Source: Tilletiaria anomala UBC 951
Taxonomy: Eukaryota
Reading direction: 5' to 3'
DNA length: 64,000 bases
Assembly: GCF_000711695.1 (NCBI RefSeq)
Contig: NW_013547018.1
Coordinates: 248,001-312,000 of the forward strand
Positions within the stretch are counted from its first letter, which is position 1, and each line of letters begins with the position of its first letter. Of the stretch, positions 1 to 13,100 are shown one piece after another. The notes under the pieces are model-generated. The model saw only the letters and a program-made list of their open reading frames with translations, ran no database searches and was not told where the DNA came from. A program made the position numbers and the translations under genes.

Positions 1-24
1 CATGCCCCATCAGATCCGTCTCAC

Positions 25-337
25 CTTCCGTCAAGCGCGAGCTCAGATGAAATGAGCTGGTACGCGGCATCGTCAGAAATACTGTCGGGGAAAAAGGGGG
101 GCTTTTTCAGGCACATTGCGCAGTTCCCTGTATGCTTGTCTTTCACGAAGCGCAGATTCACCCAATAGATGGGAAGCTGTACTTTGGCAGCTCCTGTGTC
201 TGGTATCGTCCGCCGAACGGACCTGAGTGTGCTGCGCGCTTCTTGGCACCACCGGGACGCTGGACGAAGGAGAGGTAGGGGTGATCCTGGGCCTGCTGGA
301 TCAGGTCATCCGCGTCGATGTGCTTGGAGAGTGTCAT
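25..337 (-). CDS. GAD1: Glutamate decarboxylase, 5' part (exons 337-162 and 81-25; continues beyond the window start)
   Basis: Spliced translation MTLSKHIDADDLIQQAQDHP...GGRYQTQELPKYSFPSIG/ISDDAAYQLISSELALDGR matches the fungal GAD N-terminus (Y-Q-x-I-x-x-E-L-x-L-D-G-R). Intron 161-82 (GTGAAT...CAG); next donor GTGAG at 24. Absent from the ORF track. Confidence 0.85.
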
Positions 338-1840
338 CTTGGTCGGTCGGTCGAGCTTGCTTTCTTCTGTGTGGTCGTCGTATGTTTAAACTATGGTTGT
401 GCATGGAGCGCTCGCGAGGGCTGCTGCGACAAAGGGACTTGTCGACGGAAGGGAAGTCGATGGGGCGAATAAGATGCAATCCTTGCTATATGTAAAAGAG
501 CACCCCTCTTGGTCGCTGAGAAGCGGGTGCAAAAACGTGCGTGCGAGCGGGCCGCTGGCTGGTTCGTCGTCTCTGGAGTGGCGGCATTGTCGGTGATGAT
601 GCACATTTGGTTTGATTGATTGCACATGCCTGGCGTTCCGGCTGCCGGCAGGAGTTAAAAAAAGTGGTTGGTGCATGACGTCGTCGTATCCAGACTGCAT
701 AGGCGATGATGCAAACGCTGCCTGTGCATGGCCCGTGCGAAAGGCGATCAAGAAGATGAAGATGTGGGGGTGGGTCGCAGGTGCCGGCGGTGCGGCAAAA
801 GGCAGGGACCACCACTGGCAGTGCAGCCAGGACGCAGCAGCAGCGGCACCTGTGGAGTTTGTGGCTGTCTGCACGCCTGGCAGACAGCCGCCCCCAGACG
901 TCAGACCAGGCAGTCGTATGGCGCCTGCTGCGTGCGTGCGCCACCACGAATCAGGCGCGCAAGCTATTAGAGTTTTCTGGCCTTTCTGTCGCTCCAGCAA
1001 GTTCCTGGGGTTCCGGGATTTCCGGCGGAGGCCCACATGGTTTCTGGGACAAGTCACTGGGCTTTGGGTTGTATGCCGAGCCGCTCCCGTCGGGAGGGGA
1101 GGTCCAGGAAGCGCAAACTGTCTCCTCGGGCCACTTACACCTCAAGGTTCGTGCTCTGGACGCCTAGTGGGAGCAGCCCCCGAAAATATCCATCTTTTGC
1201 TACCAAAATATAAGGTTATAATACAAAGGCTTTCCGGGAGATCATCAGAGCGCGATTTCGAACAGCTGCTTCCCCGAAAATAGTCGCAGAGGATTCTGGG
1301 ATTCTTTTGTTTCTCGGACGCAGTATTTGCCAAGTTTCTGGGCCGGCCCTGCTATTTCGAATGATCCAGTCACCATCCATTTATCTGTTCTCCATCACCC
1401 TACACAATGACTCCTACGTCTGCATTCTGGGCACATGCTATAACCTGCTACCACTCTCGAACGTCTGGAGATGCGGCGTCACATCGATGTTGTTGCTGTT
1501 GCGTTGCCACGTCCGTATCCCTTGAAAGGCCGGCCGCATGGTCGAGAGTCAAGCGCATCAGCTCCAAAAGCTCGCGCACTGGACCGGAAGAGCATTTGCA
1601 CCCGGAACAGGCAGCTAAAATACTGACCAGCCTAGCCGGCGGCGGGGTTTGGTTCTTGGTCTCTGCGATGTTCTAGCTGGATATTCCACCATTTTCGACC
1701 TTGCAAAGCCCAGAAGTGGTCGAATCCCCAGCGCTACTCGGGTGTCTCAGGGCTATACTTTGGCAATCATCTTTTGCAGCAGAAGACAGTTGAGCAAATT
1801 GGAATCGCATTCGCGGCGCAGCTCGAGGCTTTCATCAAGA

Positions 1841-3690
1841 TCACACAGGTGTGATATGCGCCAGCAGAACCTGCTCCCACTGCTTCAGCCCTTCCTCCGC
1901 GCCACCCTTAATTGGTGTGGCAGCAGCACTTGCGCAGCCATTCATCAGTTCATCATCGTCCACCTCATCCCTCGCATGAGCTGGCGGAGCGGTACCGCTG
2001 CCATTCATGAGCTCGTCATCATCGCCAGCGTCTCGCGCCGGATTGGCGTCACTGGCCTTGTCCTGATCCCGACGCTGCGACTGGACTTCTGATCGCGCTT
2101 TCGGCTTGCTCCCGCGTCCACGCTCCTCTTCTAACTCCGCGATAGCCTTCGCAAAGACGTCCCATGGTATGCAATTCCCTTTGAGCACCTTGCGCTCCTT
2201 GACCTGTCCGCCTGCATCGGCTTTCCCTTTCTCGTCGCTCTCTTCGCTACCACCGCTACCGGCGCCTGCGCTACGCGCCTCAAGGTCATACCCGATAGAG
2301 TACTCGCCCTGCCGTGTACGTGTGAGCACAACAACGTGCGCCGCGCTGCTTACGGACTGCGCCAGATCATGAACGATCGAGCGAACATAGGTGCCAGAGG
2401 AGACCGTCATTTCCAGCGCAAATGCCGCTGGATCGGTTGCAGGTTCGCTAGAAGATGAAGGTACTGCCTGCGCTGCTGGTGGTGGCTCTGATGGTGCTGA
2501 AGAAGAGGAGGGCGCGACAGCAGCCTCACTGCCTGATGGTGCTTCTTCTCCCGCTAGCTTCCTGACCTTCCCTACAAGCGCCTTTTCCTCCTCAGGCACT
2601 TCCTCTTGCGGCTCCTTCCATCCATGTTCGCCCGCATCGAACCAGCCGGCGAGTCGGAGCTGCTCGACTGTGACGGCGCGCTTCTCGATCGGACGTGGTA
2701 GCTCGCGCCCTTGGCGTGCATAATCGAACAGGCGCATACCGTCCACCCTGACCGCCGAGTACAGCGGCGGTGCCTGTTGTATGTCGCCGGTGAATGTCGG
2801 CAAGTGGGATTCGAGAAGAGAGGGTGTGACGTGTTGATGCGGTGCACGATACAGGATCGGGTCCATTGCGTCGTATGAGGAAGTGGAAGTGCCAAGCAGG
2901 CCGACGGCATAATACTCTTTTGTACAGTCTAGGAATCGGGAGAGGTGCTTTGTCCCTTGTCCAACGCCGATGACTGTATGAAGAAGGGTGAAAACGTCAG
3001 GTCATGGCTCTGTGTGTACTTTTCTCGTCGCCCTGCACACATACCGAGAACACCATCAGCGAGCGGATCCAATGTGCCCCCTTGCCCCAATTTAGGCGCT
3101 ACCTCCCGGTTCCTGGCCCATTTCCCTTGCCCTTTTCTGCCTCGAAATGCGCCGCCTGCATTTTCGAGCGAGGTACTTCCGTCTGCATTTCGGAACAGAC
3201 TGCTCGAGGCAAAGAGCGGTTTGAGCTGGTCAAGCAGCGACATACTCGTCGGTCCCGACGGCTTGTGGATCGCGAAAATGCCACTAAGAGGTCGGTCGGT
3301 GATCGATGCAGGTTGGCCAGCTTGGCGACTGGACGAGGGGCGAGAAGATGGATCTGAAACGCTGTGTCCATCTCCACCCCTTTGGTTGTCTCTCCGCCCT
3401 GCTCCTCCCCTTCCACGACCTCCACGACCTCCACGACCTCCACGACCTCGAAATCCATTACCAGCACCTCCACTGCCATTGCCGTTATGCGACAAAGATG
3501 ATCCAGCGGCGGTCGCCTGAACGGCGCCTTTCTCGGCTGCAGCCAGCACGCGCGGCGGTGCAGCCAGCGGAGGCAGGCCGAGACCGGACATTCTGCGTGC
3601 ACTTTGAAGCGTCCGGGAAAATGATGCTGTTCGTGTCGAGGAAGTGATGTGCCGTGGTAGATTGCTCAGAAGAAGGGCACGCAGCGCCAT
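1841..3690 (-). CDS. PUS4: tRNA pseudouridine-55 synthase (TruB family); exons 3690-3045 and 2973-1841
   Basis: Motifs KPSGPTS, GQGGTLDPLADGVL (catalytic Asp), QAPPLYSAVRVDGMRLFDYAR and VSSGTYVRSIVHDL. Intron 3044-2974 (GTATGT...CAG) joins the two ORFs in frame. A second in-frame ATG lies at 3591. Confidence 0.93.
3412..3447 (-). repeat. 9-bp perfect tandem repeat (TCCACGACC)x4 encoding RGG/GRG repeats in Pus4
   Basis: Read directly from the sequence; translates as GRGGRGGRGGRG. Confidence 0.9.
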
Positions 3691-4207
3691 GCGATGTCGA
3701 TGTACGCCTCTGCTATACTTGGACCTTGGCCGCACTATGCGCCGTCTTCAACTGGCGAAGATTTGATGAGTTTGGGCCCGACGTGCTTGTCTATTCGATC
3801 AACTCCTCTCTGCCCAGCTTCAGCTGCTCGTAACTGCGTGATGCATAGAAGCTGGTAATTCTTTTCTGACGAGGATTTTGCAAGATGGAAAGGTCGTTGT
3901 TCTTTTCTGCTGAGAGACTGAGAAGTGAGCATATGATTGCCATTCGGTGCAATTCGACACCCACTCGTGTCCTACTGTGTCTGCAGTCTCGCTTCTTTTG
4001 CCTGCAGCGTCTTGCCGCTTGTGATCCCAAAGAGTAATTTTGAGTACAACAGTCACTGAAGCCGTGTTATGCAGTTGTCAACTTTCTTGGTATACGTCGT
4101 TATCCCGGGACCGAGCAAAAGAGGTTAGACAAAGCTACAAGATCAACTGCTGCAATTCAGGCGCGCCAACAGTAGCCAATTTCCAACAACGCAAACGATC
4201 GACCGAT

Positions 4208-6452
4208 ATGGATGAGATCATTCCTGGGCTGTGGCTCGGTGACCTCGCGTGTGCACTCTCCCCTGACTATCTTGATCTGGCCGGCGTCACGCATATCGTC
4301 AGCGCACTGAAACAGTCGCCCGCATCGCTTCTCAACGATGAATCAGGTGTCAAGCTCCCTTCGGGACGCATCATTCCCCACGAGAATATTAAGCAAGTGC
4401 GCATCGACGACGTCGACGGCGCTCCGATCCTCGTCCACTTCAGCTCTATCAATGAGCTAGTCGACAGTGTATTGCAGGAAGAGTGGCACGGTGAAGAAAC
4501 TGAGGGATCTGCACAAGCCTCGTCTCAAGAAGAAGCAGGCCAGTCAGCAGCCGGTGGAGACTACAATAGCATCAGGGAACAAAATGTAAACGGTCAATGG
4601 GGTCATTGGGAGACGATGGGCACTGGCACCGTGCTTGTGCACTGCCAAGCCGGCATATCGCGCAGTGCCACCCTCGTCGCAGCGTATCTGATGTGGCGCC
4701 GTGGTATAAGTACTTCTGCTGCGCTGGAACTCATTCGCGCAAGGAGGCCACAGGCCGATCCGAACTCTGGCTTCGTCGCACAATTGGAATTGTACGAGCA
4801 GTGCGACCATCAGGTCGATCTCAGACACAAGGCAGTGCGAAGGTACCTCATGTCCAAGACAAATATCCTAGATGGCGACTCGGCGGACGATATGCTGCTC
4901 AGCTACTACCCTTCTCCGTATCCTTCACCGGGCATGCATCGAAACAGCATGAGCATGACGTTCACAAAGGGAAATAGAAGTAACAGCAGCAGCGAGGAGC
5001 CAACGAAAAGCTCACCATCAATTTCTCGGGCTTCTACATACGACGGTCATTCCGCCTTCAGTGCCGTAGATACCGCTTCCGATCCGAGCTCACGCGAGGC
5101 ATCGCGCAATGCTTCGCGACGCGGCTCTGTCGATCTTCTCAGTGCCAACGCCACACCCGCGCGACGTCCCCGCACATTTTCGCGAACCACTTCCACGTGG
5201 CACAGGTCGATCAACCTCTCCGTTTCTCCTGTGCAGTCGGATCAAGCAGCAGCTGATTCGTCGCCAGTCGGCTACTTTTCGGAAGGCGCAACGCACGAAT
5301 TGCCTCCTGCTTACCCCTCCTCGAGCCTTGCCCAGCCGCCTTCCGTAGAGGTGAAAGTAACTGAGACGCAGGCGAACGCGCGGCTTCCCGGTGGTGTCAG
5401 CTCGTTGCGTGGAAATGAAGTCCGTGGTGCCCCTTCCGGCGGCTCTTCGTCTGGTCAAAACTTCGCTGCTCGTGTTCCCACTGTCACAGTTCGCGAAGGC
5501 GCAGGCGTAAGCGGGTCTGGGGCGGGCAGCTCGTCAGCGCTTTCGCGGCCGGTCTACAGCGGGCCGAAGCTGCGCTGCAAAATGTGCAGGCGCGAGCTGG
5601 CCAGCACAGTCGATCATCTCATCGAGCACGAGGCAGGGAAGGGGCAGATGGCATTTGAGCATCGAAAACGCACGCTGCCTGGGAGCAAGGATGCAAGTGC
5701 CGGGACGCGTCTTGGTGTTGGCATATCAGGCAGCGATGCAGGGAGTGACGGCGCTAGAGTGGGCGCCATGACAGCAGCGCAATCGTCAACAAACGTAAGC
5801 GCAAGTGCATCGAATTCGCCTAACCAACCAGGGTATGCCACAAAACCGGCTGCTCAACCAGATGCCGCGCCATCATTGGAGCAGACACCCGGCTCAGCGA
5901 CTGGGACCGTGCAGCAAGCGCAACTGTCGCAAGGATCCTCATCGCTAACGGCAAGCGGGCGGCCGATCCAATCAGCTGCGAGTCTGTCTGCTTCATTGCC
6001 TCCGCATCTTGCGGCGCTGCGGATGGGGCGAGCTGGACCGCATTCACTGGTGCATGCCAACAGCAATAGCACATCGCAAGCTCAAGCACAAGGGAACAAC
6101 AGGCCAGTGTGCACGCAGCGCGCAGCGGTGTCCTTATCACTACCGTCGCCGTTGAGCCTGCTGCCTTCCGCGGCATGTTCTTCGTACTTTGTCGAGCCGT
6201 TGTCGTGGATGTCGGCACTGAAGAACGGCGAAGTCTCCGGGCGCCTTGACTGCCCGGCGCCAAAGTGCGGCGCCAAGCTGGGCAGCTGGGACTGGGCGGG
6301 GATGCAGTGCGGATGGTGAGTATGTGCTCTGCTCTGCCGAGCACGCCTGCGTTGCATCCAAAAGGGCACTGACTCTGTCCTGTCCATACAGCGGCGCGTG
6401 GATCACGCCTGCTTTCGCGCTCCATCGCTCGAAAGTGGACGTGCTCAGGTGA
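4208..6452 (+). CDS. YVH1: Dual-specificity phosphatase with C-terminal zinc-binding domain (Yvh1/DUSP12); exons 4208-6315 and 6392-6452
   Basis: MDEIIPGLWLG start, HCQAGISRS catalytic loop, PNSGFVAQL, and zinc-domain motifs LRCKMCRRELA, YFVEPLSWM, CPAPKCGAKLGSWDWAGMQCGCGAWITPAF. Confidence 0.93.
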
Positions 6453-7115
6453 CAACCTGCATCGTGTTTCACTTTGCATCGCGCGGCGCGGTTTACTGGC
6501 ACACAAGGCACCGTCGCATCGCACATCGGGTCCAGCGTAGACTTTCCGAGGGGCAGTCATCTCATTAATAAATTGGAAATAGAAGAGGAATGTAATGATA
6601 TAGATGAAGGAGTATGGCCGAAGTGCGCGAGCGGGAGCGCAAGGCGCGAGGGTGCAGGAAGGCGAGAGCGAATTCGTTGTCCCCCTTGTGCACCCCGCAA
6701 ACAATGTGCCAAACGTTTTGTTTGAATTGTCCGTTCGTGCAAGCGAGCGAAACGAAGGTGTGATGCCCAGGCGCATAACGGACAAGTCGATGAATATGGT
6801 GCACGCTCAGCAAGGACTAAGAGGGAATTCATGTTATGGGCCAGGAAGAGGACTGATAATGTACGAAGGGAGCTATGAACAAGTGGTGACCTGGGCTCGC
6901 GTTAGATGCGTGAGGGTGAATCGGGTCATGATGGCTTATACAGTCCATAAAGGGTGGGGTAAATACCGGCGTGGAAACAGCTCTAAAGACAATGCCGCTG
7001 CGTTATAGCATTGCTCTCTTCCGCCTCCTCATCTTCGTCGTTGCTGCATGTGGGACGGCCCAATAAAAAGAGAAAGGGCGATGCTCGGTCGGCCAGTCAG
7101 TCGGTCGGGCAGCAT

Positions 7116-8864
7116 CTATTGATTGGTGATCTGCAGCTTGCGCCCGTCATCCTGGCCCTCCTTGAGCGATCCAGTGCTGGCATTGGGGCCGGACATGCCA
7201 ACCGTGGTGTGCGACGAGGAGCCCGTGCCGTGCGGGTGCTGCAGCACGCCGGCGGCATCGGGCTGCGGCGAGTGCTGCTGCTGGCTCTGGTGCGCATCGT
7301 TGAACACACCGGGTGCAAGCAGCTGCGCCTCGCCGTACGTGTCCACCGGGCCGCCGCCGCTGCTGAGCGCGCGCGAAGAGTTGTGCGTCGCGAACGGCAT
7401 GCCCTCGCCCTCTGGCAGCATCTGCTGCGGCGGGGGCGAGTGAGTCGTGCCGGGGTGGTACGCCGCGGTGGGCCACGCGGCAGCACTGACATACTGCGCG
7501 TCGTGCGGCGCGTAGGTTGTGTCGGCGCTGTGCATCTGCGGGCTGGTTGGGTAGTAGCTTCCCTCGTGGCTGTATGCGCCGCCGCCAGCTGCCGCCTGCG
7601 GGTTGTTCGGGTCATAGTAGTGGTCCTGCTGCGAGCCGTAGCCGGTCTGGCCTGCATAGTACGCGCCGAACGCGTTGCCGACCGCACCAGCTGCTGTTGC
7701 GCCTGCTGCTGCTGCCCCTATGCCCACACCTGGACCCGGGCCATACGCGCCCATGCCCGCGTAGCCGGGGCTGGCATTGGAGAAGTGGCTCGGCTCATAG
7801 CCTTCGTTATAGTAGTGACCCTGCGACAGGCTGCCCCCGTTGAACGCAGGGCTGCCAATGGCGGTGGTGCCGTAGTTGGGATCCTCGATCATCTCTGGGT
7901 CGTCATCGTCGAACGGCGTCCGCGTCGTCGCAGGGCCAGCGGTGGTGGCTGCAACAATGTCTGCGTCCATCTGGTTCTTCCTCCGCCGCCTCATCAGCGC
8001 CCAGATCAGCAGCGTGATCAGCGCGATGGCGACGATGGCGACGGCGGCAAACGTGCCGCCGACGGCGCCTTTGTTGTCAAAGAAGCCGGACGAGCTCGAC
8101 GAGCCGTTGCTGCCATTGTTCAGGCCGCCTGTATTGGTGGGGACGGAGCTTGAGATGGTCGACTGGACGGTTGTCTGAACGATGATGGGCGAACGAGAGG
8201 GGGTGACGGTCGTCTGGACGGTCGACGTAGTCGTCAGAATAGCTATAGATGTCGATGTGGACGATGATCTTTGCCGAGCAAAGCACAGAAATGGGGTCAG
8301 TAGAGCGACAAGGAGGCGGCCTTTGTTTTCGATGCAGACACATACGATGTTGTGGAAGAGGTAGAAGACGTTGTGCTAGAGCTCGATGACGTGGAAGAGG
8401 AGGATGTGCTGCTCGAAGAGGTTGTAGAGCTGGAGCTAGAGCTGCCACCTGATAGATCGGAAGATCAAAATCAGAGGAAAGACAACGAGGGACGAGTGCC
8501 AGTGGTGCATGCTTACCGCCTCCATTACCATTTCCGTTGCTTGTGGTGGCATTGCTAGTGATCGATCCACTCCCTCCACCTCCGTTGCCCTCTTCCGGCG
8601 TGAAGCATCGGAAAAGGTCGGACAGGTGAGTTGTTAGCATACACAAGCTCGAGCAGAACAGAAGAGGAGGCGCATGGTAAGCCCACAAGCAGGTTCATGG
8701 TGCGGATGCAGCTCGGATGGCTCGAGTGTCTTCCGCACGCGTTGACCAGCAAGGGAGCCCGAGGATGGGATCACGCGCGCAAGAAAGAAGATGGAAGCGT
8801 GGTACTCACGTCGCCTGAACAGGCCAGCCGGGGCGGCTGTCGCGCGCGGAGCTGCCACTACCAT
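7116..8864 (-). CDS. Single-pass Ser/Thr-rich membrane protein, Mid2-like cell-wall sensor; 4 exons (approx. 8864-8810, 8591-8517, 8448-8346, 8268-7116)
   Basis: Phase-compatible introns give MVVAAPRATAAPAGLFRRQGNGGG..., a long S/T tract, SGFFDNKGAVGGTFAAVAIVAIALITLLIWAL (TM) followed by RRRRK, and a Tyr/Gly/Pro-rich cytoplasmic tail ending RKLQITNQ. The start codon is uncertain. Confidence 0.7.
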
Positions 8865-10140
8865 TGTTGGCCAGCAGCAAGGGTGTGTTTGTTTTCGCTA
8901 CGCAGTTGAGTCAGGATACAACCCTCTTCTCTCTGTCTATTTGTCGGGCGGGTGGGCAGGTGGTGGTGGTGATGGTGATGATGATGCGTCAAATGGACCG
9001 CGGAATAAAGACAGCACGCTGTGCTCCTCTCCTTCTGCAGGCGTCAACAGTAAGAAATCCTTGGCGTGGTGTGGCGGTGAAGAGGAGGAGGATGCAGTGG
9101 TGGATTGCAAACAACCACGACGACGCTGCGAAAGCCAATCGGACGAGGGATCCTTAACAATCACAACCACAACGCTCCTTCTGATGATAATGTTGACCAG
9201 CTCTCTCTCTCGCGCTCCAACGGAAACAGGCAGCCTGTCTCTCTCCAGTCGGCCGGGCAGGCAGAGGCGCAGAGGCAGAGAGCGAGAAAGGATCGGCAAG
9301 TAGATGCGGGGCACTGCACAGCAAGGAAGTTTGAGTGCCAAGTCAAAGCCATGTGCAGTCACTCAACTTTCCCAAACCAGAAGTCATAGCCCGGAACTCG
9401 GAAACGGAGGAGACAGCCAAGCACTATACAGACAGCAGCACAGCAGTATAGCGGCGGAACTCCGCGACCATACCCCATATTGGCTTGGCCAACCCGGGTA
9501 ACAGACCAGGCTTCCAACACTCCGATATCCAGGAGGACCCCGCCAGCCACTCGCGCGTGGGTTCGACGGGACGGAATACGGTCCGGTGACAGTCAACCTC
9601 GGCGCCCTCGCCAACCATTTTCCCTCTGCTTTCCACCACTCACTGGCTCACAGTCATGAGGACACCGACAGTCGCAGCCCGCTTGGTGCCTGTGAGCACA
9701 GCCAACTAACGTCTCGATAACCCGTCCGTCCATATCGTCGCCATCCCCGTCAAAAAATGGATACCGGTCTGTCGCTTGTCGCGTTGGACCGCGGCACAGG
9801 GCTTCCTACACACGGGCTTTGACCAACAAGCAGGAAGAGCTGCTCCTGTGCACGGGCGGCGGCGGAAGAAGGCGACTCAAAGCAGGACAAAGAAAATGGG
9901 AATGCAACTATGCATGACGAGAAGAAATGCATTGATGATTAATGGAGGCCATGCTATATATTATTGTATCCACGCCGCGTGCTCGAACCCGGCCGAAACA
10001 GCGTGTTCGTTACCATCCAACGCACCCAAAACATGGAATAAGCGTCCGTTGAAACTCTTTGCAGCTCTTGTTGTTCAGAGCTCTGCGCGTTGCAGCGGCC
10101 ATTTGGCCTGGAGCCACAACAGCGATGCCTCCGCGGCCGT

Positions 10141-13100
10141 CTACGTCTTGCGGAACCAACGAGTCGTATTTCGCTTGATCCCTATGCGACCGACAACACG
10201 GACGCAAGAGGAAGGAGGTAAGCAATGCATTCATCGTCACCTCGCCGTGGATAAGCACGACGCGCAACTTACAGAACCAAAAGAAGCCAATGAAGCGGAA
10301 GACGGAGAGGCAGAACGTGGTCCAGAGGATGAACTGGAAGTATGTCGTCTGCTTGTTGTGCTGCTGCGCGTCGACCTGGTCCTGCGAGACGCCGCGGTTG
10401 AGCCCGTTAACGTTCTCGATCGCGATTGTCAGTCCGCCGTTCGTCAGCAGCCAGAATGCGACGAGGCGGGTGCGGAACGTCCTGTTGCTGTCGTCGATCG
10501 TCGGCTTCTCCGCCACCTGAACGGGGTGGTACGGCGCGACAGCGCGCGAGACGACGTTGCGGAAGTTGTTGTCAATGTCCTCCTGCTCCTGCTCGATCTC
10601 TTCGATCGTCCCGTCGGGGCCCTTGCTCTTCTTGGTGTCCACCGTCGGCAGCGCGTCCGCCTTGTCCGAGCCTTTGGTCCCCCACGAGACGTCGTGCAGG
10701 TTGCAGAACGCGTACACGTTGAGGATGTTGATGAACGACGGCGCAATCAGCATGTACTGTGGGAACGACGTCACCATGTGCCACGGGTCTGCGTACATCA
10801 GGGACGCGACAAGATACACGCCGAACGTCGCCGTCAGCGCCGCGATCAACACCAGCGTTGAGTTCTGCCCCGCGATGAATGTCTTGAAAAACTCGGCGCC
10901 AGAGCTAAAGTTGGTCGTCAGGAATGCCTTGATCGTCAGCCAGAGCGAGATGGCGATCAGGTAGCTGCCAAGCAGCCCAAAGACGATGAACGAGATGATG
11001 TACGTGTTCTTCTCGCCCTTGGGCCGGTTGCCGAGCGCCAAGACGAATTGCAGGACGAGAAAGAAGACGTAGACCCACTTGCACGCGAGGTTGACCCAGT
11101 GCAGAATGTCCTGCACCGTGCCACTCGAGCTCTTCAGCAGGACGTTCGGCACGAAGTCGATGATGATCGAGAACGTCAGCCACAAATTGGCAAGCGCAAA
11201 CCAGGAGAAGAGAAGCGTGAAAGCATTGTAGAGCGCCTGGATGTGGAAGAAGAACAGGCGCAGGATCGAGTGGTTGCTCCGGTAGATGCGGAAGAAGTGG
11301 ACCAGGGAGTAGATCGACGCGGCGAACGAGCCATTAAGCCACCTGCGACGCTGCGAGATGAGCTCCGCAGCACCTTCCGGCACGTCAGTCTCTCCCTTGG
11401 CGGGTTTGACGTATGTCAGCGTCCATCGGGCGCCCGCTTTAGCCACCAGCTCAAAGCACAGGATGCGGTCCTCGGCCAAGAACATGTTCTTCGTGAAGAT
11501 GCCCATTCCATGCAGGCCCTTCTTGCCGAGCCGATCCGCGAGCGTGTGGTCTCCGTGAAAGTACTGCGCTAGCGGACGGCCTTGGATCGCTTTGAAGCGG
11601 TATGCGCTAAACGCGCCAGGCAGCACGCTGACGTAGCCAAAGGATGACTCGAGCGGCTTGTCGAGGATGTTGGACATCTTGTACTCAAAATTTTGCGCAG
11701 CGACGAGCGGGTTGATCAGCTTTTTGCCGCCCTGTATCATTGCATGAATCTCTCCACAGGCGCCGCCGAGATGCGCGTCGTTGTAGAACGCCTCCCAGAG
11801 GTAGTACAGGCTGCGCGGGCCGGGCTTAGTGCCGGCATCGAGCAGGACGCAAATTTCGGGCTGCAAGTGCCTACCGATGGCGTTGAAGAGCCACCGATGC
11901 GAGTTGATCTTCTTGCTGTTCTTTTGCTTCAGGCAGAACAGCATTTGCACCGGTACCAGGTTCGCCGGGTCGTCGCCATGCGGCTGGATCAGCGACGGCT
12001 TGGCGTCGACGGAAAGCTGCGTCGTGTACTCGAAGATGTGCGCCACAGTGTCCTTGCCATCGACTTTTCTCTTCATGATTCCATCTTGGTAGACACCCAC
12101 GGTCGCGAGCAGGTCCAGCACCTCCTTGTCGCAAGGGTCGATTCCGTCAAATATCAGACACACGACAATACGCTGCCAGCCCGGTCGGCCTTCCTCTGCG
12201 CTGCGTCGCCAGAACTTGGACGACTTGCTCTTGCAGATGTCACGGATGTTGAGCATGACGCCATGGAGCGTGCGCGCAAGCAAAATGCGATCTTCGTTGT
12301 AATAGCTGCAAAAATAAGGAATGGCGGTCAGCACGTGTGCATACATCAACCTTTGCTCGGTAGCGCGAGCGCCACGCACGTGATGGCGATGAGCAGCTCG
12401 GTATCGCGGTGGTATTGAGAGTTGGCGCGCAGCGACCAGCCATTCTCCAGCGTAAACTCGTCCGGATCGCACGTGGCGGCCGTGTAGCGCATGTGGGTGA
12501 ACTCGGTCGACCTACTCCCCTGCGCCCATTTGGGTTCAATGGAGTTTTTAATGGCCGTCGGGACGCGATGCTCGACGATCCAGTTGCCCTTGGTCAGCTT
12601 GACTTTGCGCGTCAGCCCGCGTTTGGGACCTTGTTGACGACGCGCCCACGCCACTTGCGACGCGCTGTCGTCCGGCCCGAGCTCGCCGCCCGAAAGACCC
12701 GAAAATGCCGTGCTCGTCTGGCCATACTGCAACATTGGCACAGCAAAGTTGCTTGGATCCGGCATGCTTATGAAGGCGCGCGTACATGTCGGTGTCAGCT
12801 TCTGTTATTCTACAAAGCTATAGCTTACACTCACCCATACGGCGCAGAAGGCGGATACCCTGGGCTGGGGCCGAACTTCTCTTCAGTAAGCGGCATCTTA
12901 GCCTCATCATCGTAGCCAGCCGCATATTCGGCGGGTGGGCCGTGTGTGAAGCTGGACGCATAGCTCGGGTCATCGCCCTGCGCGTAGAACGGGTTGCCGC
13001 TCGCCGACGGCTGCCGACCATGGTTAGCAGGATTGCTATGGCCGCCGACCATCGTCGCAGAAGAGTGGTCCATTGAGCCGCCAGAAGGCCCATGGCCACC

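Noticed and set aside
386..1283. Two overlapping 223-aa ORFs upstream of GAD1
   Set aside because: No motifs and atypical composition; most likely promoter or 5'UTR sequence.
7011..12418. Long plus-strand ORFs (380, 361 and 241 aa)
   Set aside because: Antisense shadows of GC3-rich real genes (Mid2-like, chitin synthase); no recognisable motifs.
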